DNA of 64,000 nucleotides from Ptychomitrium polyphyllum (lineage: Eukaryota): NCBI GenBank assembly GCA_973851085.1, contig OZ316775.1, positions 21,514,001 through 21,578,000 of the forward strand, in the 5' to 3' direction. The notes below the pieces were generated by a model, which was not told the DNA's origin, did no database searches, and saw nothing but the letters and a program-made list of their open reading frames with translations. Position numbers and translations under genes: made by a program. Position 1 is the stretch's first letter. Each line of letters opens with the position of its first letter. This document shows positions 46,356 to 59,499 of this stretch, piece by piece.

Positions 46356-49300
46356 ATGCGTGCCTGGACGTCGAAGATGCTGAAAATGGATGGCAAGCAG
46401 AAGAGATTTGTCAGGTTAGCTAGCAATTCCCCTGAAACTCATATTCAGATCTTTCACCTCGTCATGTTCAACAATGCAACGAGCATTCATTGAAGGAGTT
46501 TTGAATATCACCTCTGCCTCTGGCATGGTGCAGGTTTCGCTCCGATCTCGACGCTCAGGACGGGTACGGTTCCGACACGGATGTACCGTTGAATCGGAGC
46601 AACCAGCAATTCAGCGTGAATTCGCGCGGCTCCGCAGTGCGCCGGGGATTGGAGAAGGGGACCTCAGGGATTTTTAGGCTGGGCCAGTCGTTGAAGCTCA
46701 AGGGCGTGAATTCGTCGCAAGGGTACGATGAGAGCGATCCGAAGCCGGGGAGGAAGGCGTACTTGGACCCCACGAGCCCCAAGTTGCAGCGATGGAACAT
46801 CTTCTTCGTCTCCACGTGCTTGGTGGCCGTGTTCGTGGACCCCCTCTTCTACTATCTCCCCTACGTCGACAGCGACAAGAACTGCGTCGGCATTTCGGAC
46901 GGGCTTAAAAAGTCCGTCACTGTATTCCGCACCATCACGGACTTCTTCTACATTGTCCACATGTGTCTCCAGTTCCGCACGGCATACATTGCTCCGTCTT
47001 CCCGCGTCTTCGGTCGGGGGGAGCTCGTCACGGACCCTAAGAAGATCGCTGCGCGGTACCTGCGAAAAGATTTCTGGGTCGACCTCGTGGCCGTGTTGCC
47101 TGTCCCTCAGGTTGGGCTCTGTTTTAATCACTTGCCCTGTCAAATTTTATGGTGGTCCCCTTTTTAGGGTTTTCTCTTTCTGAGCTCATTCACATGGTCA
47201 TGGCAGTTCGTGATTTGGGTCGTGATTCCGAATCTGACCACCAACACACCGTCAATTGACACGAACAATGGGCTTCGGTTTATTGTATTCCTCCAATACT
47301 TTCCTCGTCTGTTTCGGCTGTTTCCAATGACGTCCAAGATTATCAATACGACTGGAGTGCTCATGGAAACTGCGTGGGCTGGCGCCGCCTTCAATCTCCT
47401 GCTGTACATGCTTGCAAGTCATGTAAGTCGTTCACGTCTCTTGCAGAGTCCAACTTAATTATCACCTTTGATAAAAAGTCAGGATCCAGGGTTATTGCTG
47501 AAGAGATCATTTGTGAATGGATCGATTCTGAGTTTGGTAAGCCGGGCACTTGCAGGTTGTGGGCGCTTGTTGGTACATATTGGCGGTTGAGCGCCAGACA
47601 AAGTGTTGGTCGGAAGTATGTTCTGGAGAAGCGACTTCATGTAAGCGAGTGTTTTTGGATTGCTTCTCATTGAAGTCCTACAATCCTGACCGAGACAACT
47701 GGTTGAATAGTACAGTTGAAAGTGCAAACTGCAGTGTTGGTGGCAGTTTCGATTACGGAATTTACACCAATGCGATCGCCAATAATATCACGGCTGAAGT
47801 TTTCCTGACGCGATATTTCTATAGCTTGTGGCTCGGCTTGCTAGCATTGAGGTACGCACTGGCAGCTCCTTTCTAGTATGTTAAGAGGGCTGCGGTCTTG
47901 ACTTGCAGCTGGCTAGTCCTGCAGCAAAATGTGTGCTAATCCCTTTAGCTGGGTTTAGGTAATAAGCTTCGTTCTGCACATGATAATTCTTTAATTCTTT
48001 AGTTCTGGATTCCATTTCTGCGTTCTTGCTGTAACATGGGGTTTTGTTCGGCGACTACCAGAATCCAACACGTGTTCTACACTATGTTGCAGTTCGTTGA
48101 CACAAACGCTAAGTGTGAGCACCTATGGGTGGGAGATCATCTTCGACATCCTCATCATCATTGCGGGCTTGCTACTCTTTGCATTCCTGATTGGAAATAT
48201 GCAAGTAAGATCTTCATTTTATTTTTACCCAATCTGCTCTAGAGCCTTTTGCATTTGATTCGATTGAGGACTGTCGCTTTTCTTGCATTCTGAGATGTTC
48301 TGGTACATTTATATCTGGTTTCTAGCTAGTGCAGGAAGTGAGAAACGAGGATTTAGGGTTTAGGATTGAATTTAGTGTCTAATTGAAATCTTTGGTGTGG
48401 GTTTATTAGACATACCTACAATCTCTTACACTAAGGTTGGAGGAGATGAGAGTGAAGCGTCGAGATTCAGAGCAGTGGATGCGACACCGCAACCTGCCCC
48501 ATGATATAGTGCAGCGAGTTCGTCGCTATGACCAATACAAATGGGTCGCTACTCGAGGAGTGAACGAGGAGATGCTCGTGCAAAGCCTGCCGTCAGATCT
48601 TCGCAGGGACATCAAACGGCATTTGTGTCTCAACCTCGTTCGAAATGTGAGCCCCATCGCAAACACCACGCAGGCCATTCCAGTTCCGTTTTCTTGTCAT
48701 ATGTTTTCATCACAACGTTATTTTTGTTTTGGTTTTTTGATCTTTTGCTGTGGACTCTCAGGTGCCATTCTTTGACCAAATGGACGAGAGCCTGCTCGAC
48801 GCCATGTGCGAGCGACTGAAGACCGCCCTTTGCACTGAGGGCACCATCATCCTTCGTGAAGGCGACCCTGTGAACGAAATGCTCTTCATCATCCGTGGGA
48901 CGCTGGAGAGCATGACAACAAATGGCGGCCGGTCGGGGTTCTTCAATTACGGAATACTGAAAGCAGGCGACTTCTGTGGGGAGGAGTTGCTAACATGGGC
49001 TCTGGATCCCAAGCCACAAAGCCATCTTCCCATTTCGACTCACACCGTGAAGGCTGTGATGGAGGTGGAGGCCTTTTCATTGTCATCTGACGATCTCAAG
49101 TTCGTCGCCAGCCAGTTTCGGCGCCTTCACAGCAAACAACTGCAACACACCTTCCGGTACTATTCTCATCATTGGAGAACATGGGCAGCGTCCTTCATCC
49201 AAGCAGCTTGGCGCCGCTACCAACGACGCCGCCTGGCAGAGCTGCGCCGCAGCCAAGAGGATCAAAATCTTCTGGAAAATATGCAAAGCGATGCCATCCC

Positions 49301-49460
49301 CAACGACAAGCACAGCCTCGGCGCCACAATCCTGGCTGGCAAGTTCGCCAAGAATGCCATGCGGGGAGTGCAACGGCTCCGCAGCATGCAAGCAGCCGAA
49401 CTCGCAAGAATCTCCAACATCCCCAAACCTGCCGAGCCAGACTTCTCCCTTGACTCGTAA
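46356..49460 (+). CDS. CNGC: Cyclic nucleotide-gated cation channel
   Basis: Exons 46356-46414, 46534-47110, 47207-47422, 47556-47851, 48093-48204, 48410-48646, 48762-49460. Motifs VDPLFYYLP, FRTAYIAPSSRVFGRGELV, ETAWAGAAFNLLLYMLASH, LFAFLIGNMQ, the CNBD (GDFCGEELLTWALD) and the IQ motif IQAAWRRY. Alternative starts are ATG 46377 or 46387-region. Confidence 0.96.
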
Positions 49461-51879
49461 CTCCTAAACCCTGAACCTGGCGAGGTATCCCATCAGAGGG
49501 TCACCTCTATGAAACGGATTGCCACAACAACAGTGCTGTATGTCTCTTCTGGACCCGACCATGTCGTGCTGTGACTTTGTGGTTGTCTTTGCAACTCTTC
49601 TGTGTTGATATCAAAGATCATTGACAAGACACGGATCTCAAGTTGAAGCTGGACTCCCAGTAACCCCTAATCAATCCAAGGGTTACTATCATCTCATGCT
49701 ACTCACAATTCATGGGAAGCTTGGATGCCGATTAGTGGCATTTGTAAAGCATGGATACGACAGAGAAACCAGCAACACGGTCAGTGTGAAAATTAGGGGC
49801 CTTAAATTGTGCACCTGTTTGAAATCTTCCAACGTCAGATTGACTACATGGGGATGAGTACAGTGTGCGGGGGAGGGCGACAGTCGAGTGCTGGGAAGGT
49901 AAACGTGAGTTGATTCATGATGCCGTTTCCTGTGCATTCTTTGTTAGGTGGCGGTGGGCACTATCTGCATGGACTGTTGCAACTTATCTGTGTAATTCAG
50001 GAGAGCAAAATGTGAAGTTAGCATATAATTCTGAGTATATTTGTGGGAAGCAGAAAGATTACTGGACTCGGTTGAAAAATATTTTCCACAACCATGAAAT
50101 TATATACATCAATGAAATGAATTTGGATCACTGTGCCCCCAGTGGAGTGATTTTCCGGAAAGTGGTCTGCATGTACAGTTTTGTAATTCTTACTTCTAGA
50201 AGGTGATAGGATTTAGTAAGTTATTTCTGTGTATGGGTATAGGCAATTGAGTTGGCAATCTATTGATTTGTCTTTTAAACTTTTAAACTTCTGTTTGTAT
50301 GAATTTTTAAATAAAAGAGATTTTGAAGGTAAGTGTACTTATTTGGAACATTTAGAAATCCTAGAATGTCTTGGTTTGTGATTTCGACATATGGTGACTA
50401 ACAAAGAATAAGAAAGTTAAAATCAACTATGGTTTAATGTTTTTGTGAAAGATCTAGATTTTTTTTAATATTATTTTAGATGTTTGATTTTGCATTTGCA
50501 ATGTATATTTTGGAAGTGAATATAGAATGTATCATAAAGGTCTAAAAAATTGTCCACATTTAAAAAAAAAATAAGACAAGGTGTAGAACATAATAGGTTC
50601 CTTGTGTAAAAAATTTCAATAAAAATAATATAATCATATTGAATTCATAGCTAGATTGATATTATTTTGGTAAAAAAAACTCTAATAAAATTCTTAGATT
50701 GTAGACTGGTTTATATTAGATACATAAATTAACTCCAACAAATTAAAAAATTTACTTTTAAAATAATCACAATATTTTTGTGAGATTAGGAACCATCTTT
50801 GAAAGATTTTCCAAATTGTTGAATTAATTTGTGAATTATTTACAAAAATTAATAGCCAATATTTTCCATCTAAAGTGGTTGAGGTTTTCAAGGATAGTAG
50901 TATATGAATTGGATAAGGAACAAATGAATGGTGCATTGTTGTCATTTTCCTTTATAAATATGATTGTAATATATAAAAATCATTAACTCATTAGCATTCT
51001 ATTTTCATAAGTATTATGTATTGGCAATCATTATGAGTTGTTTTTATTTAATGGACCTTGCATTCAATTTTGTTTGATGTTGCATGAGGTCTACTTTGTC
51101 CACAAAGCTTAGGTTGTGTAGTTGCTCTATCTATATGAACAAAGGAATTTCTTTGGCAGCTCATTGAACTAGGTGTCCATCAAATTTGTTGCTAGAACTA
51201 GGACTAGTAAATGTTTGGTATCATATGTTGGAGTCTCTTGTAATTATCATTACTATCAACTACCGTGTAGGCAATATGTAGCTTGGTTACCATGCACTTG
51301 GTTGGAAGATAGAACATGGTATGGCCACTCATTTCAGCGTTTACAAAGCTTTCATTTGTTTTTGGCTCTTTACTCATTGATCTTAAGAGATTTTGTTTGT
51401 TGGAAGTCTATTAGATGTAACTTGCTTTGGATTTTTGTAAATGATTGTTGCTTGGAGAAGAATCTAAATGGTTTGCAAGAATATCTTTCTTTACAAGTAT
51501 AAGGAATTTTTTGAAATTAGTAATGCCATTTTGTTAGATACATCTTTATAATAATTCCTAGCTTTTTTATCCTACATTCATTTAATTATGGTGTTTCTTT
51601 AAAGTAAGTTTATGTAAATTTTTATAATCCAAATACAAAGCTTTAAAACTATGTCTATAGAACCAGTTACTAGGATGAAGAGTTTCAAATTTATCTTCTT
51701 GCATTCCTTTGTGTACTTCGAAATGTTTCTACACGCCGACTGGAATCCGTTGCTGATGCGACTATGTCAAGCTTTGGCAACCCCTACATTGTGAGGTATG
51801 TGCAAAATCCTAGCCACCGCTAGTTGCATTATGTAGAGCATTCGTTTGGTGTTGAGAACTTAGAATCAGGAGTTTATTT

Positions 51880-53880
51880 CTGAAAAGCTTAGAGCTATGG
51901 ATCCAGACCGATATTAATATGGTGAGGGATGTGGGATGTTTTCTTAGCTCTGTTTTCGGAATTGCTTCTTTTTAGGTAATATTTACTGAAACAGTGGATG
52001 TTCTGTACTCAGTTGTGGATTTCGATGATTTCTTTTGGTTGCAGACTTGGAAGTCTTTGGTGATAGTCTACTAGCTGGTCCACGTCGTGCATTCGCATCT
52101 TGAGTAGCTTTCGTTCTATTCTGCTTCAGACAGTAGAGGTGTTTCTGTATTCCCATTGATCTAAAATATCTTTGCCAGATTGCATATGCAAGAGTTGCTC
52201 GACATTTTTGCTGTTAGCTTGACACATTGGAAGAGAAATAGTACAGGATTGATTATTTTACCGTGAAGCCTGGCCTACATACTCGGATTCAGCTGATATT
52301 TTAATCAACATCCACTTCATCGTCCTTCAATTTTCCAGAGTATGATAGTTTCGCTTGTCCGGCTTAACTGCTTGAGTTCCGTAAACAGAGATTAATGTGC
52401 ACACGTAGACGTGTATCTCAGTATGCAAACTCTGCCAAGCAGATCAAATTCCTGCTCACTAAGGGATGCTTTGGTGTTGCAAGTAAGGAAATTATTTTCA
52501 AGAGCGTACATTGATCTCCAATGCCGCTTTACATCAAAAGGACAGATCATGTTACTGTAAAAACATTTTTCATGACTGAAAGTTGTCGTTGTTAAGCTAT
52601 TTGCAAAAATTAGAGGGAGCCAATCTAACAGCCTGTGCCGCTCATCTCTCATGTTCATCGTTCTTGCTCGGCCAGGTAAAAATTCAGCTAATTCCCAAAT
52701 ATGTTGTCTTGACATACGTTCACAACATTCAGAAGCTGAAATAACTAGGAATCCTGTGTACCAAAGAGAAAACTATATGCTACGTGTCCTGATGCTAATT
52801 AGTACTGTTTAACCGAACTTGTAAGCTTTGGCCTTATTAAACAACGTCGATGATGGCTCAGAGCGACGAGCGGGCTATGAAATTGTATCTCTGTTTGATT
52901 TTCTTAGTGCCCTCAAATGAAGACAGTACATGGGATGGCCCATGAAGGTGGATCAAGTGGGCAAGAACAAATTTCGTTCAAGGAGTACGTCACCGTGTCA
53001 GACGTTAATGCGGTTTCAGAAGAGATTCCCACCGTGCTTGCTCCATACCTAGTGAGTTATAATCTGTTCTTTTGAATCCATGAAACATTGTTAAAAGTTG
53101 TAACGTTGCGAATTTTTTGGAAGATAATGTTCAGTCTAGTAGATGAAATATCGCAGAGCTTTCATACGAATTGCACGGCTGAAAATGCACTTAATTAGGG
53201 ACGGTACTCCGGGCCTGGTACATGCAGTGCTATCGTCTCGTGAGTGTAGAGTGAAGTATATGCAGGAAACTTGTTAAACATGACTGGATTAGCGTGATCT
53301 ACTTCTGGACCATGTACTTTTCCTGATTACTACACATTTCTAGCACCGTTCAAGATGATATAATCGTACTCCTTGTGGTACTACTAATCTAACGCCTCTA
53401 AAATGACACTATTTGTGAATGACCAAGTTAAAGCAGGCTCGAAGAGTACATTGCTGAATAGTCTTGATGGAGCTGGTATCATAGCAGAAGATTCACACGT
53501 ACAGCTAATCGAATTAGTCGATAAAGCCCTGGTTACTTGAATTGTTAACAAAGTGTGCCTTTTTTAATTTGTTGTTCTCAACTGACATACTTTTGGGTTG
53601 ACAATATTCAGCTTGCCAACAAGGTCGAAGGAGACAAAGCCAGTTGTCCCAAGCTGTGTCTAGAAATGCCTAATACTTTGGCAGTCACATGATGAATTAT
53701 CTTCCCAAATTCTTCTTTGCTAAGAGATGCCTTCTCTGAAGCTGCAAAAATGAAAGAAAGGTCAGGTTGAACTTGAGATGATGATATCATATTGTCGAAA
53801 ACGTGTATTGGACCGAATATGGGGCGAACGAGGCTTGCCTCTGAGGCAATAGTTGCTCTCCAGGACATCCCAGATGAGGT
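51880..53880 (+). pseudogene. Possible decayed multi-exon gene of unknown product
   Basis: Exon-like blocks bounded by AG/GT: 52908-53051 reads CPQMKTVHGMAHEGGSSGQEQISFKEYVTVSDVNAVSEEIPTVLAPYL|GTGAGT, and ~53612-53878 carries in-frame stops and ends IPDE|GT. No recognisable domain. Confidence 0.3.
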
Positions 53881-55019
53881 GCTTCGCATTTGCAGTCTTA
53901 CTTTATCTAGCTTACAGGTCGTAACGTGGTTTCGTTATTGCATTGGTTGCTTCGAATTTCTACTGCTCACACTGCTTGGGCCATAAACACAAGAAGGTTT
54001 TTGTTAGCTTTCAGTACCTAACTTATTCTGTGTTACTATGGTGGATTCATGTCGACCCAAACCATGGAGCGACAACACGAGGTGGAACAGAAAAGTTTGA
54101 CTCTTTCGAAATCAAAGTGAGGTCAGCGATTTGGAGTTCATGTAAATTTGTGGTTTAATAGTTATAGTGTGCCTCTCTATTTGATACGTCTATGGATTAA
54201 GTCCCATTATTGTCAAATTTCTGTAAAGAAGACTTACTAAGGCCCAATTTACACCAATACACACAAAATATTCTACTCGTTGGCGAGAAATGCATTTGTC
54301 TTGTACTCGTATCAACCGGTCCTCCTGTGAGCAGACACAAATTCAGAACAAGACTAGCGCATCCCAGAATCTTTTTTGGACACCATGACTGTAATGAAAA
54401 CTCCACGACAGCGCCTGCCGTGCTGCTAAGGTAGAGAAACATGACAATCTAATTTAAAAAACGTGGATCCGTTCCATTTGCATAGAAGTTCCAACTTCAA
54501 ATGTACACAGTTTGACAAAACTGAAAACAAGCTAGAGTACACACTGTCGATCGATTTCTGTCAATAATAACTGTTATTACGGTATGAAGTTGCTCGACAC
54601 ATTCGGGAAAGCCAATCACAGAAAGCCAAAGGTCAAACCAAATCACTCCAACCACCAGATTCTGCACATCTACAAACTAAGAGCCTGCAATGAGAATTTA
54701 AAAATCGTTGAACTGCAACAAAGGCATCTTCTAGTAATATATACATGTGTCCATTACCTAATCGCCTAAGTCTTATGCCGAGCGTCTGCACTGATCCAGT
54801 CCCGTACCAAAATCCTAACCTACAACTAGTCAGGTCGATAAATTTTCAATCTGAAGCCTCCTCCGAGCAGGTCAACGTGTGTGACACGAAGTCACAGGGC
54901 CAACCCAGGCTGCAAGGAGATGCTTGAAACCACTGCAAATTGTTGGTTATTATTAAATTGTCAGCAGCAGAAACCAGGTGTTCAAGCGATGAGCCTCAGC
55001 CTGACATGTTTCAATAGAA

Positions 55020-56860
55020 TCATGAGAAACATTCCTGGAGGTCAGAGGGCAAGGGGTACCGGCAGAATGTCTCGTTAGTCATACAGAGGAAGAGGCGCTC
55101 GTAAGCAGACGCCATCTTCACGGCAGTGAACATTTTGGAGGCGTAGACGAGGCACGTCTGTCCTTTCGTTCGCAGCTCGTCCTTCCCGTCTTGGACCACG
55201 GACTCCAACTCAGCAATGAGCGACTCGACGTTGGGAGAGAACGTGTACCCAAACTTCTTGTCCAAGATGACGCTCATAACGATGCTGGAGAAGTGGGTGG
55301 CGAGCAGGGGCTTGCCGCACTGCATGGCCTCCAGAAGGGTGTGGTCCAGTCCTTGCGCACGCAGCGTCGGGTTCACAAAGATGTCTACCGCGTTGTAAAA
55401 CTCCGCAAGCTGGGTGGGCGTCAGGGAGCCCAGCGTCTTCACATACGGCGCAAGCTCCTCGTAGCGTCGACCCCACGGGCCGCTCCCCGCCACCAGAAGA
55501 TACACGTCCTTGTGCCGCTTCAAAATGTCAGAGAATGCCTCGAAGAGCAGCGGATGGCCCTTGTCTCGCACCAAACGGCCAGCAGCTCCCAACACCAAGC
55601 TCGCATTCTCTGGCACCCCATACCTATACAGCCATACTCGTTTCTTCAGACATTTCACTAACAGCAATAAACAAATTCTAAACGAGCTTAATCCATAAAC
55701 CCTAAGATCCTCGAATGCTGCGGCATACAGCTGCAACATTTCTCTAAAAACTGCAATATGAACCACTTTTGGAGCATCTGCAAGTGGGGTTAAAGATTGC
55801 ATCGTAAATAGTGGACTAATTTCTTTACACCGAATTCGATGAATAGAAAAAAACAAGATTTCACGCAATAAAGGGATGACGGAACATATGAACCCTAGAC
55901 TATGGAAGAGGATAGATGAGGAGTGAAGATTAAATACTTTGCTCGGAAAGCAGCCCCCACGGCAGGTTTGGGCCGAAAGTCCCGTTCGTTGACGCCGTTG
56001 AGGATAATGTGCACATTCCGCAGGGGCAGCTCGTAGATAGTGCGAAGCACATTCCCGACGTAATCACTCGTTGCAACGTGATGGCGGTAGCTAGGGAAGA
56101 AGCGCACTTCGTCGGCAACACGCATCAACCGTCCACTCATGGCATCCAGCAGGCCTTGCGACCGATCCTCCCCGGGCTGCCGAATCAAGTCCTGCACGAT
56201 GTCGCTGTGCACAATCTCGAACTGAATCCCGTGCCACGACGCCGCCAGGTTATCAAATTCCTTCGCCCTCCAGTAGGGCAGTGCCACGCTCTCCGAATGG
56301 ATGAGATCAAACGCGCGCGTCGCATTCACCACGACAAATGCCTCAAATGCCCGACTGTAATCGAACCCACCGCCGGAATTCGGCTCCACGAAGTGCAGAT
56401 GCAGGTTGGGATGCTCCCTCGCCTCCGCCGCCTCCTCATCCACATTCGCCGTCGTCGCGCCCGCCTGTCGCACCGTAAAAACATGCACCACATGGCCCCG
56501 ATCCGCCAACACTCGATGCAATGTCATTGCGTGACGCTCCAGCCCTCCCGGCGTCCCCCCTGTCGGCCATTTCTTCACAAACAGAGCGATATGGATCGAC
56601 ACCGGCGGTTTCGATCCGTAACACAACCGGTTCCATGCCACATCCAAGTCGCGCATATCGCCCTCAAAGCCTACAGCTGCCTTGTCTCCCTTCGTCGCGA
56701 CCCCCTCCGCGCGCCCTTCGTAACGCCCCGACCCCCACGCACACCCACTTCCCACCAATGATGTCAAGTACCACAGCAACGCGGTCCCCAACAGCAGCAC
56801 CCAGACCGACCGCCATTTCAACACTGTCTTCATGAGGCCCTCTCTACAATGCCCCGCCAT
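55020..56860 (-). CDS. Glycosyltransferase family 4 (GT-B fold) with N-terminal membrane anchor, two exons
   Basis: Exons 56860-55938 and 55623-55020 (AA|GTA...TAG|G gives RAKYG). Motifs FVKKWPTGGTPGGLERHA, HSESVALP, GRLVRDKGHPLLFEAF and FYNAVDIFVNPTLRAQGLDHTLLEAM. Confidence 0.93.
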
Positions 56861-57411
56861 CTTTACGGCATCCCTCCCACCTTGCAGACAATGTCACAAT
56901 CACCAGGAGCTCAAAAACTGATCTAATGCACGTCCTTGATTAGTAGAGAACACGTCCAGCATCAACCAGCCAGCCATTTACTAGTGACTTAAGGCGTCTG
57001 CTATCGCATCCTCCTACAACGAAAGTCAAGAACGCTGAGCCCAAAATTAGAAACCTCCGTAATCACAAGTTCCGATCGAATCCCAAGCCGAGGCACTGTA
57101 GCAATTCCCCAAACGTAACGTCGTCGCCGAACATTGTTGTAACCGACCATTCCACCAAACACATAGCACTCAAGAAATACAGAGATCACAGTGAAAATGA
57201 GAGCTCATTAACAGCTCATCTTTTGCAGAACCGTCACAGCATACAAAGTCGGAAACTCTACAGTGGCCACGTCCTGTGCAGCTAGATACTAATTATGGTA
57301 AGGTCCTTTCGCTAGCAGAATGTCTAATCCAGAGTTGATGTAAAGCTAATTACAGTAACTCCCGGACAGGTTTCAAGGCTGGGAGGCAATGCTTGGATTC
57401 GCGTCAGTGTG

Positions 57412-59314
57412 TCACCAAGCCGCGGGGTGTTGCTGGGTGATGCAGTGGATGTTGCCAGCATTCAGCACCACTTCGCGCGAGCTCACGCCCACCACTTTGT
57501 AGTCTGGTCCGTAAGCCTCCTGAATGATTTTTAGAGCTCGCTTGTCGGCCTCCGCTGCAAATCCTCCGAACTGTGGTACGACCACGCCGCCGTTCGCGCA
57601 GTAGTGGCTGATTTATGTTAATGGTAATCGCTGCTCACAAAGTAGCAGTGTACACCAAAGGAAAAACTCACGTTCAATTTGGTCACTTCAGATAGAGTAT
57701 TAGAAGTCATGATAGTGTTCGAAAGTAGATATGCTATTGCATGATGAAGGAGAACTCTGTGAACAAGTAAAGTTTTTGCAAGTGAAGAACTCCTACCTCT
57801 CTAGCGATACGAGGGACGTATCCTTTCTCCATGTAGCCCTCCTGCAAAGTCAAGTCCAATTAGGAAACTGAATGCAATGCTGCAAAAACACCGCCATCGT
57901 CATGAGTGCAACGCTGTTTCGGGAATAGGGTTTGGTGGACGTACGGCGAGCCCGTTGGCCTCCCTGAAAGTGCGGAACAGGGGAGGCGGGCGAGGCAGCT
58001 TGATGATCTCCAGCTTGCGCCCCTTGGCGTCGGTGGCGCAGGACAGCCGCTCGTATGCGTCCACGCAGACCTCGTACTGCGGGTCGTCCTCATCGTCGGT
58101 CCACGCGAGGAGCACCACGCCCGGGCGCACGAAGCAGCAGAAGTTGTCGACATGGCCGTTCACCACGCCGTCGTCGCCCATGATCCCTCGCCAGAACCAG
58201 ATGATCTTCTCCAGCCCCAAATATTGCTTCAGCACCTTCTCGATGCCCTTCTTGCCCAGGTGCAGGTTCCGCGACGCATGCAGCAGGCTTCTTCCGTGCA
58301 CGTCAACGTCCTGCAACGCATCAACATACAATCAGCCTGGTTCACATTTCTCACTCGAATCTTTCAAAAACAGAAGGCCTTCAGCCCGTTCATCTCCAGT
58401 AACGCGCGCCCCGCATTGTGGTCCTTCTCCCAACTCGGCATCATGGTCGGCAGTCCCACCTTCTTCTTAAGCAGGCCGCCGTAGCAGTCATACTCCCAGT
58501 GGACTCCCGCTACCACCCTCCTCCCAATCGCAGGATCATCTTTCGCAATGCACTGCACTCCACCTCAAGAAATTCACCGATCAACACTTTGGGCTATTCT
58601 CTCACAACTGGTCACGAAGTTTGAAGAATATTGAACTGATGGGACGATCGAGAGCGCACCGATGGTCCCAATCGCGAGTCCAACCGTCCTCGATCTGCAG
58701 CTCCACGACTGTGACGTTGGGGGCGTTCTTCAAATATTCCCCCGCTGCTTCTGCCGGCTGCACAAGAGTTAAGGTCCCCACACTTGCACGTCATTCAGTA
58801 CTCGTGTTCTGTAATCTCTTTGCATTTCTGCTTGTGAATCTGCACGTGAGGTTGTGGAGTGACGGGGTCGTATTAGATGTTGGCAAAGCGAGTGAAGTTT
58901 TTCCAGTGATGTTGATGCAGGAGAGTTCGGGAAGTTGTTCTCACCTTGCCTGGGTGTGCGAACATGGTCAGCGGCTCAAATATCGAGATGGCCTTGGCGA
59001 TGGCGGCATACTGTGCCTGCGCAGGCTTAGCATTTGTCTCGCCATAGATTGCCATCGTATGGCCACCCCATCCAGCACCCCGCGTGCTTCTCGAACTCGC
59101 CTGCAGCTCCGGGCCCCCCAAGTTGATCCCTTTCAAGCACAGTTAGTACTTAAAATGACGAAGATAATTTACATTGTAGGCATGGCAGTAATAATAATTC
59201 TTCGTTTGAGAAAGAACCTACTTCAGCTATGGCCTTGAAGAATATTGTTGAGAATTTCTGAGCTTCACCTGGCATGGTGTAGCCCAGCTCCTTGGGCGAC
59301 GGTTCGGAAGCCAT
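57412..59314 (-). pseudogene. AIH: Agmatine deiminase (agmatine iminohydrolase), disrupted
   Basis: Exons ~59314-59269, 59100-58945, 58757-58660, 58552-~58373, 58310-57945, 57841-57797, 57607-57412. Motifs GYTMPGEFEKHAGCWMGWP, GHVDNFCCFVRPGVVLLAW, DAKGRKLEIIKLP and GNIHCITQQHP. Frameshifts at ~59034, ~58668 and ~58288. The LEGGSIHxDGEG and LxASYxN segments are missing. Confidence 0.88.
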
Positions 59315-59499
59315 TGCACCAAATTAATCTGCACAAACCCAAAAGAACTGCACCATCACCTACACTTCATGTCAAACAATGGAAATAGCAAGGTCAATTG
59401 GCATGAGTTCACAAGTCAGACCTTCAGCATCAACTTATGAAACAGTAGATACCACAACTCATTCAAGAATTGAATGCATCACTGTAGACGCAAAGAGCT

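Noticed and set aside
55191..56761. Long plus-strand ORFs (156 aa and 250 aa), and similar antisense ORFs over CNGC and AIH
   Set aside because: Shadow ORFs produced by GC-rich codon usage of real genes on the opposite strand.
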